Sequence record: OR786095.1 | DNA: 39,989 nt | Direction: 5' to 3' (one strand) | Source of the DNA: Staphylococcus phage MBBL139 | Part shown: positions 33,910 through 39,989 of the stretch, one piece after another | How the letters are laid out: each line of letters starts with the position of its first letter | Position numbering within the stretch: position 1 is the stretch's first letter | The notes under the pieces: generated by a model | Told to the model about the DNA's origin: nothing | The model's database searches: none | Seen by the model: the letters and a program-made list of their open reading frames with translations, nothing else | Program-made: the position numbers and the translations under genes

Positions 33910-35874
33910 ATGGCTACAAACCCAACGTTGACCCAATTCCCTGCCGGGGAGACTACATACAAAATCAACTTCGACTATCTGGCCCGACAGTTTGTGGTGC
34001 TGACTCTGGTCAACTCAGCCGATGTGTCCCAGAACCGGGAGCTGGTAGCTAATGTTGACTACCGGTTCCTGAACGAAACCACAGTGTCCGTGATGGCTGA
34101 CCAGACAGGGTTCGACATTATGCGAATCCATCGATACACGTCTTCCGAGCGATTGGTGGACTTCAGGGATGGCTCAACCCTCACTGCAAGTGACCTGACA
34201 ATCGCTGAGCTTCAGGCTATTCATATTGCAGAAGAAGGTCGTGAGTATACCCTCACTTTAGCAAACGAAGCTGTTGAGAAGTCTCAGGCAGCAGCAGACA
34301 AAGCAGAAGACGCTGCACAGAGGGCAGAAGATGCGGCAGAGTCCATCAACAACTCAATTGTGCCGGGTGGCGCTGACGTAATTGGGACACGTCACCGTGG
34401 AAGACTGAACGTCGACTTGGATGCTATTGACCGCAGGCCTGATGGGTATGGCGACTCAATCCCGAATGTCTTCACCACAGGCAGGGACGTAACGCTTAAT
34501 AAAGACCTGACTATCAGTTCTCTAATCGTCCTTACCGATGACCAGATTATTGACTACGCTGGCGGTAAGCTCACCAATACCTTTAAGGGCGGCGCGGTGT
34601 CTGGGACCGGGGTTAAGGGTGTCCGTATCAACGGTCTGAGACTCTCTGGCCTGATTGAGAATGCCGTGACAACTGGAGGTAATGTTGGCTATGCTGTTAA
34701 CTTTACCGACTCTAGTAACCTGAGAATCTCAGACATAAACACTGAGAAATACACTGGCTCAGTTCTCCTGACCAACTGCTCAGACTCGGTGATTCGAGAT
34801 GTATACTCACGAGCTAACCGCTATCACAGTAATGTCGTGGCTGGGGCTTATGGGGTACTGCTGCAAGGCGGTCGTCGCATCCTTGTAGACGGTATCAACT
34901 TTGAGGCTGATGCCAGCAAAGGAGACTTGGGTCGACACGCTCTGTACATTTCCGTTAACCAGCAGGACTTGGGTAATTACTGTCAAGACATTATAGTCCG
35001 TGGAATTATCAGTCGCAAGAGCGGGCTGAACAACCGTGGGATGTGGGATGCGGTAATCCGTAGGTCGACTAACGTTCTGATAACTGATTTTGATTGCCAA
35101 GGGTCTAACGCTGGATTCTCCGTCAACGCAGAGAACGGACCAGTAGACAACCTTCATATCACCAATGGAACCATCCTTATTCGGCAATACGACGATAACG
35201 CAGTCTACGCCTTTGACATTAGCGGCGGTACTAATGGGATGAACTATTGTGTTGGCGCTCTGGTGGATGGCGTGACCATCAAGTTGGAATACGACCCGGC
35301 CACAGTTACCAATCTTCGAATGGTGGCATTCAACGTTCTGGCTCGAAACTCTCGGTTCTCTAACGCGATTATCCGCGCGCCCGGTCCTACTACCCCAATT
35401 TTGGTAAACGGTGGTGTGTACCTTCAGTTCTCAGGTATTCAGGACTTTGTGACTGATGATGGTACAGGGCTGAACTATTTGTTCCGCTTTACGGCCCCAA
35501 CGTCAGACGTGACCGTGGAGAATATTCAGACTCGACGTCCACTGTTCGCTGGTCTGGAGTATGTGACCAACATGACAGTAGACTACCAGCGAAAGGTTGG
35601 AGTGACTAATAACGCTGGTACGCTAAGCTCTATGGACCTGCACACTGTGGTGGAGTCTATGGCCTTCAGCGGTGCCAACGTATCGGTTAAATTCCGCTCC
35701 CATGTTACCCAGACGGCTATTGATAACCTCATGGTTGAGCCTACAACGGCAGACACAGCGCTTGTTGTGGTGGGCCGGGGCAACAGGACACTTCTGGTCC
35801 GTGTGACCAACCTGTCTGGTACGGTTCGTCCTACCACGGACAGCTATGGGTTCAACATCGTTCTGAACAGTTAA
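33910..35874 (+). CDS. gp17: Tail fibre/tailspike: gp17 N-terminal adaptor domain plus a C-terminal right-handed beta-helix (depolymerase-like) domain
   Basis: The N-terminal 150 aa match recalled T7 gp17 ([30 protein letters not shown]). The C-terminal 450 aa have repetitive Gly/Asn/Val/Thr/Ser-rich beta-strand periodicity typical of pectin-lyase-fold tailspikes. Confidence 0.85.
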   Translation: MATNPTLTQFPAGETTYKINFDYLARQFVVLTLVNSADVSQNRELVANVDYRFLNETTVSVMADQTGFDIMRIHRYTSSERLVDFRDGSTLTASDLTIAELQAIHIAEEGREYTLTLANEAVEKSQAAADKAEDAAQRAEDAAESINNSIVPGGADVIGTRHRGRLNVDLDAIDRRPDGYGDSIPNVFTTGRDVTLNKDLTISSLIVLTDDQIIDYAGGKLTNTFKGGAVSGTGVKGVRINGLRLSGLIENAVTTGGNVGYAVNFTDSSNLRISDINTEKYTGSVLLTNCSDSVIRDVYSRANRYHSNVVAGAYGVLLQGGRRILVDGINFEADASKGDLGRHALYISVNQQDLGNYCQDIIVRGIISRKSGLNNRGMWDAVIRRSTNVLITDFDCQGSNAGFSVNAENGPVDNLHITNGTILIRQYDDNAVYAFDISGGTNGMNYCVGALVDGVTIKLEYDPATVTNLRMVAFNVLARNSRFSNAIIRAPGPTTPILVNGGVYLQFSGIQDFVTDDGTGLNYLFRFTAPTSDVTVENIQTRRPLFAGLEYVTNMTVDYQRKVGVTNNAGTLSSMDLHTVVESMAFSGANVSVKFRSHVTQTAIDNLMVEPTTADTALVVVGRGNRTLLVRVTNLSGTVRPTTDSYGFNIVLNS

Positions 35875-35878
35875 TAAC

Positions 35879-35900
35879 AGTAGGCCCCGAAAGGGGCTTC
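35879..35900 (+). other. GNRA-capped hairpin after gene 17 (gGGCCCC-gaaa-GGGGCUu)
   Basis: 6-bp stem with a GAAA tetraloop and no U-tract. Possibly an RNA stability or processing element. Confidence 0.3.
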
Positions 35901-35914
35901 ATACAGGAGGTATT

Positions 35915-36109
35915 ATGATTGAGTTCGACTTCAAGAACGAGGTCATCAAAGCCTCGCCTATCGTCGGGACCGCTGCGGCTGATGGTGCCAGTCGGTTCTT
36001 CTTTGGACTTACACTGAACGAGTGGTTCTACGTCGCTGCTATCGCGTACACCGTGGTGCAGATTGGCGTCCTGATTTACAAGACGATTAAGAGCGGAGGT
36101 ACTACATGA
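35915..36109 (+). CDS. gp17.5: Class II holin
   Basis: IKA.PIVGT..AD.S.R.FFGL.LNEWFYVAAIAYTVVQIG matches recalled T7 gp17.5. Confidence 0.85.
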   Translation: MIEFDFKNEVIKASPIVGTAAADGASRFFFGLTLNEWFYVAAIAYTVVQIGVLIYKTIKSGGTT

Positions 36110-36369
36110 CGCAGATGGACTTAGAGAAGTTCCTATTGATGCTGGACACCGAACGTGCGAGACTCATGCTGCAAGACCTGCGTGATGATACAAAGCGTTC
36201 GCCTCAGCTCTACAACGCCATAGAGAAGCTTCTGGCCCGTCACAACTTTGTGTTGAGCAAGGTGTCAATTGACGAGAAGCAATTGGCTGACATGGAGGCG
36301 CTGAACAAGGAGTACGATAAGGTACTATCAGCCACTGAGGATAACGACACCGGGTATGGTGTTCAGTAA
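36106..36369 (+). CDS. gp18: Terminase small subunit (DNA maturation protein A)
   Basis: FL.MLDT..A..ML.DL.D..RSPQLYNAI.KLL.RH.F matches recalled T7 gp18. Confidence 0.85.
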   Translation: MTQMDLEKFLLMLDTERARLMLQDLRDDTKRSPQLYNAIEKLLARHNFVLSKVSIDEKQLADMEALNKEYDKVLSATEDNDTGYGVQ

Positions 36370-36372
36370 GTG

Positions 36373-36422
36373 TTAGACTCAAGGTCATCTACTACATGTA
36401 GTGGGTGGCCTTCATGATTAAC
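36373..36422 (+). promoter_or_regulatory. Conserved hairpin element (R18.5-like RNase III site candidate), copy 3 of 3
   Basis: tagactcaaGGUCAUCUACUA-caug-UAGUGGGUGGCCttcatgatta: a 12-bp stem with flanks shared with copies at 6667 and 13592. Confidence 0.5.
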
Positions 36423-36471
36423 ACTAACGTAGGTGACTCTACGTGAATTCTTTTAAAACAGGAGGGCAACT

Positions 36472-36915
36472 ATGCTCGAACTTTTACGTAAAGCGCTCCC
36501 GTGGCTGGTTGCAGGACTCCTGTTCTGTTCTGGCTACTGGGTGGCAGACAATAAGTGGGAGGCGAAAGTAAGCAATGAGTACATCACGAAACTTGAGGCA
36601 CGAGAGAATCAACGGGTTGCTGTCCAAGGTGAAATCGACAAAGTGTCAAAAGAGTGGCAAGACAAGATGTCCGCGCTGGAAGGCTCTACTGATAGGATTA
36701 TTGCTGACCTTAACCGCGATAACAAGCGGCTGCGCATCCGAGTCAAACCCACCAGTGGAACAGTCCAGACTGACGGTCGATGCGTCATTGATGGTTACGC
36801 CGAACTTGACGAGCGAGATGCTAAGCGTCTTATCGCCATCGGACTGAAAGGCGACGAATGGATTAAGGCCCTCCAGAACACCGTGAGAGCCATGCAGCAA
36901 GAGAAGGAGAAATGA
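36472..36915 (+). CDS. gp18.5: i-spanin (Rz-like)
   Basis: MLE.LRK..PW.LAG.LF N-terminal TMD plus LEGSTDRII.DL..DNKRLR.RVK and DERDAKR match recalled T7 gp18.5. Confidence 0.85.
   Translation: MLELLRKALPWLVAGLLFCSGYWVADNKWEAKVSNEYITKLEARENQRVAVQGEIDKVSKEWQDKMSALEGSTDRIIADLNRDNKRLRIRVKPTSGTVQTDGRCVIDGYAELDERDAKRLIAIGLKGDEWIKALQNTVRAMQQEKEK
36575..36847 (+). CDS. gp18.7: o-spanin (Rz1-like lipoprotein) embedded in the +1 frame of Rz
   Basis: PRWKALLIGLLLTLTAITSGCASES lipobox (ITSGC) and SLMVTPNLTSEML match recalled T7 gp18.7 (PRWKGALIGLFLICVATISGCASES...SLMVEPNLTTEML). Confidence 0.8.
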   Translation: MSTSRNLRHERINGLLSKVKSTKCQKSGKTRCPRWKALLIGLLLTLTAITSGCASESNPPVEQSRLTVDASLMVTPNLTSEMLSVLSPSD

Positions 36916-37352
36916 TGCTCAGTGATTCGTATGTCTATGATGAGTCCAGTAAGTCTGGCCTGAAGTCCCTGCGTTCTGGTAAGGATGTGGGGTGTGTGGG
37001 AAACCACGGGTATTATCAGGTAGGAACTCGACGTCATGGACTCCTGCTGGCCCATAGAGTCGTCTGGGAGCTAACCAACGGTACTATACCAGAAGGTATG
37101 GAGATTGACCATATTGACCGCTGCCGGACTAACAACAGGCTTGACAACCTCCGGCTAGTTACTTCAAGCGAGAACTCCTGCAACACCTCAGGACATTCTG
37201 ACTCAAAGACTGGAGTTAAGAACATATCGTTCCATCAGAATGGCTACGCTATCGAGGTCATGCGTAAGGGAGTCCGTATGCGAACAACACGTCCTACTTT
37301 AGAGGAGGCTATCTCTGTCCGGGACCTAATGCTGGAGGGACTCTATGTCTAA
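36912..37352 (+). CDS. HNH endonuclease with an AP2-type DNA-binding domain (homing-endonuclease-like) inserted between spanin and large terminase genes
   Basis: HNH motif [28 protein letters not shown] and AP2-like [20 protein letters not shown]. Strong gagaaggagaa RBS. T7 has no gene here. Confidence 0.8.
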   Translation: MMLSDSYVYDESSKSGLKSLRSGKDVGCVGNHGYYQVGTRRHGLLLAHRVVWELTNGTIPEGMEIDHIDRCRTNNRLDNLRLVTSSENSCNTSGHSDSKTGVKNISFHQNGYAIEVMRKGVRMRTTRPTLEEAISVRDLMLEGLYV

Positions 37353-39111
37353 GAAAACACCTGCTGAAAGACAGGCTGAAATGACCCAAAGGATGAGGGA
37401 CGACTTCGTGTTCTTCATCTTTGTTCTCTGGAAAGCGCTGAGCCTTCCGGTTCCAACCAGATGTCAGATAGATATGTGTAAGAAGCTGGCTGCTGGCGAT
37501 AACCGACGATTCATCCTTCAGGCGTTCCGAGGTATTGGCAAATCGTTTCTGACCTGTGGTTTCGTGGTCTGGAAACTGTGGAACAACCCGGACCTGAAGT
37601 TCATGATTGTGTCAGCCTCAAAGGAGCGAGCTGATGCGAACTCCATCTTCATCAAGCGTATCATTGACCTGATGCCTCAGCTACAAGAGTTGAAGCCTAA
37701 GCAGGGACAGCGAGACGCAGTAATCAGCTTTGACGTAGGGCCAGCCAAGCCAGACCACTCACCTTCGGTTAAGTCCGTTGGTATCACTGGTCAGTTGACT
37801 GGTAGCCGTGCTGACATCCTGATTGCCGATGACGTGGAGGTTCCGGGTAACTCAGCGACTCAGGCTGCAAGGGACCGACTTTCGGAGTTGGTGAAGGAGT
37901 TCGACGCAATCCTGAAGCCGGGAGGTACGGTTATCTATCTGGGTACTCCTCAGACCGAGATGACACTGTATCGTCAGCTTGAGGGTCGCGGCTACTCGAC
38001 TACCATCTGGCCTGCACGATATCCTCGTGACGAGAAGGACTGGAAGTCTTACGGCGACCGTCTGGCTCCGATGCTTCAGGCTGAGCTTGAGTCGGACCCT
38101 GAGGGCTACTACGGGCTTCCTACCGATGAGGTTCGCTTCGATGATGAGGACTTGAAGGAACGTGAGCTATCCTACGGTAAGGCTGGATTCGCTCTCCAGT
38201 TCATGCTGAACCCGAACCTAGGGGATGCCGAGAAGTACCCACTGAAGCTCCGTGACCTTATCGTAGCGGACTTGGACCCCGAGTCCAGCCCTATGGTCTA
38301 CCAGTGGCTCCCAAACACTCAGAACAAGCGTGACGACGTTCCTAACGTGGGACTCATGGGTGATTCGTACCATACGTATCAGACTGTAGGTTCTGCCTTC
38401 AGCTCGTACACCCAGAAGATTCTGGTCATTGACCCAAGCGGTCGTGGTAAGGATGAGACCGGGTATGCGGTATTGTTCCAGCTAAACGGCTACATCTTCG
38501 TGATGGAAGCTGGGGGCATGCGTGGCGGCTATGAGGACTCAACACTGGAGGCTCTGGCTAAGATTGGTAGGAAGTGGAAGGTCAACGAGTACGTGATTGA
38601 GGGCAACTTCGGTGACGGTATGTACCTTGAGCTATTCAAGCCTGTAGCGGCCCGTATTCATCCGGCAGCAGTAACCGAGGTCAAGAGCAAGGGACAGAAG
38701 GAACTCCGCATCTGCGACGTTCTGGAGCCTATCATGGGGTCCCACAGACTCATCGTGAACTCCTCGACCATCGTGTCTGACTACCAGACTGCCGCTGACA
38801 AGGATGGAGTACGTAATCCTATCTACTCTCTGTTCTATCAGATGACCCGTATCAGCCGCGAACGTGGAGCCTTGGCACACGATGACCGACTGGACGCATT
38901 GGCTATCGGTGTCCAGTTCTTCGTTGAGTCCATGGCTAAGGATGCCATCAAGGGCCAGCGTGAAGTCACCGAGGAGTGGCTGGAGGAGCAGATGGAGGAC
39001 CCACGGAAAGGCTTTACGTCCATCGAGACTGACTTCTGGGACAATGGGGTCCGGGTACAGTTCAATACAGATGACGACTTAGGCTTGGGGTCCTACGTTC
39101 AGTTCCACTAA
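37345..39111 (+). CDS. gp19: Terminase large subunit (DNA maturation protein B)
   Basis: Long near-identical blocks to recalled T7 gp19 ([133 protein letters not shown]). Confidence 0.95.
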   Translation: MSKKTPAERQAEMTQRMRDDFVFFIFVLWKALSLPVPTRCQIDMCKKLAAGDNRRFILQAFRGIGKSFLTCGFVVWKLWNNPDLKFMIVSASKERADANSIFIKRIIDLMPQLQELKPKQGQRDAVISFDVGPAKPDHSPSVKSVGITGQLTGSRADILIADDVEVPGNSATQAARDRLSELVKEFDAILKPGGTVIYLGTPQTEMTLYRQLEGRGYSTTIWPARYPRDEKDWKSYGDRLAPMLQAELESDPEGYYGLPTDEVRFDDEDLKERELSYGKAGFALQFMLNPNLGDAEKYPLKLRDLIVADLDPESSPMVYQWLPNTQNKRDDVPNVGLMGDSYHTYQTVGSAFSSYTQKILVIDPSGRGKDETGYAVLFQLNGYIFVMEAGGMRGGYEDSTLEALAKIGRKWKVNEYVIEGNFGDGMYLELFKPVAARIHPAAVTEVKSKGQKELRICDVLEPIMGSHRLIVNSSTIVSDYQTAADKDGVRNPIYSLFYQMTRISRERGALAHDDRLDALAIGVQFFVESMAKDAIKGQREVTEEWLEEQMEDPRKGFTSIETDFWDNGVRVQFNTDDDLGLGSYVQFH

Positions 39112-39205
39112 CCTAATGAATACCTACGCACGAAAACTGCATGTATAAGCATTGAGTAGTGCGCTAGGTATCTCTCGTAACTTAATGATTCTAAAGGGAA
39201 AGGGA

Positions 39206-39226
39206 CTTAACTATCACTATAGGAAG
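39206..39226 (+). promoter_or_regulatory. Phage-RNAP promoter (cTtAACTATCACTATAGGaag), phiOR-like
   Basis: Consensus copy near the right end, upstream of the 19.5-like ORF. Confidence 0.7.
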
Positions 39227-39401
39227 GACCCCCGGTTACTTATAGTATTACTGTAGTGAATAGACATATGCAGTCTTTATGCAAGACCTTAGGAGGCAGA
39301 CTCCTGAGTTCTTACCTAAGGTTCGCACCGATGGAGAGGGTGATTGTGATCATCACACCCTCATAACTTAAGTAGACCCTAAGCGACAGGAGGTATGTAG
39401 C

Positions 39402-39560
39402 ATGGGTAAGACCAAAGCTGTTCTCAAAGCTCTGGCGACCAATCGAGCTACATACAGGTTTCTTGCTGCTGTTCTACTTGCTGCTGGCGTTACTGCTGGA
39501 AGTCAGTGGGTCGGGTGGGTCGAGACTCTCGTATGTACTCTGGTGTCTGAGTGTCATTAA
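39402..39560 (+). CDS. Small hydrophobic protein (52 aa) in the gene 19.5 position
   Basis: aggagg RBS eight nt upstream. The product contains a predicted TMD (FLAAVLLAAGVTAG). Confidence 0.4.
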   Translation: MGKTKAVLKALATNRATYRFLAAVLLAAGVTAGSQWVGWVETLVCTLVSECH

Positions 39561-39722
39561 CGCAATAATGGTAACGATTCATGAGCGGAAGACCTAAGGT
39601 CAGTACGTGGATAAAGACTCACTCTACTGACCTTAGCTACTGTAGTCAAGGACTTTAGGTAACACCTTAAGAGAAGCTCACTTAGGGTCATCCTACTCAC
39701 TGGTCTACCCTATTGTCGCCTG

Positions 39723-39761
39723 ACCTACGGTCCTTGACCTACAGTGGCTGTGTCCTACAGT
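39723..39761 (+). repeat. Three (A/T)CCTAC(A/G)GT repeats just inside the right DTR
   Basis: ACCTACGGT at 39723, ACCTACAGT at 39737, TCCTACAGT at 39753: the same motif as the left-end array. Confidence 0.65.
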
Positions 39762-39799
39762 AGTGACGATGAGTTTTGGACCAAAAGTTTGAGACCACA

Positions 39800-39989
39800 T
39801 CTCACAGTTCAAGAACCTCAAGTCTCCCCCATAGGGTCACTCTAAGTCAGACCAAAGGCCCTACCCCTAGACCTTCGGTCTAAACCTCAAGTCAAAGACC
39901 AGAAGTCGACCCGAAGTCTGGACCGATAGGGCCTATATCTTGTGGTTGGGACGATGGGTCGGGACTATATGTTGTGTCCTTGAGTCTCT
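39800..39989. repeat. Right direct terminal repeat (DTR), identical to 1-190
   Basis: Exact 190-bp identity with the window start; the window ends exactly at the repeat end. Confidence 0.9.

Overview
The window appears to be a complete linear genome of a T7-like podovirus (Autographiviridae, Studiervirinae type). A 190-bp direct terminal repeat is present: positions 1-190 are identical to 39800-39989. All credible genes lie on the + strand in canonical T7 order.

Gene order as read from the sequence:
- Early region: three host sigma70-type promoters (bp 455-742), then a T3-type SAM hydrolase (0.3) and a kinase-domain-only gp0.7.
- Class I/II: T7-type single-subunit RNA polymerase (gene 1), 1.1, 1.2, ATP-dependent DNA ligase (1.3), gp2 host-RNAP inhibitor, SSB (2.5), endonuclease I (3), amidase/lysozyme (3.5), primase-helicase (4), DNA polymerase (5), 5.5, 5.7, and exonuclease (6).
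- Class III: 6.5, 6.7, 7, 7.3, portal (8), scaffold (9), major capsid (10A, with a conserved -1 frameshift giving 10B), a Tphi-like terminator, tail tubular A and B (11, 12), internal virion proteins 13-16, tail fibre/tailspike (17), holin (17.5), small terminase (18), Rz/Rz1 spanins (18.5/18.7), large terminase (19), and a small 19.5-like ORF.

Twelve copies of a phage-RNAP promoter are present, with consensus cT(A/T)AACTATCACTATAGGGA, the strongest lying immediately upstream of the capsid gene. Five structured, flank-conserved hairpin elements sit at exactly the positions of T7 RNase III sites R0.3, R0.5, R1.1, R4.7 and R18.5.

Non-canonical content is concentrated in:
- small ORFs replacing the C-terminal half of gp0.7;
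- two extra genes between gene 1 and 1.1;
- an HNH endonuclease after the DNA polymerase;
- a strongly acidic 149-aa protein at the gp5.9 (RecBCD-inhibitor) position;
- a DUF3850/ASCH-like gene inserted between tail genes 11 and 12;
- a non-SLT N-terminal domain on gp16;
- a beta-helix (depolymerase-like) tailspike;
- an HNH-AP2 endonuclease inserted between the spanins and the large terminase.

No tRNA, rRNA or CRISPR array was seen. Every homology statement here is made from memory of T7/T3 protein sequences, not from a database search.
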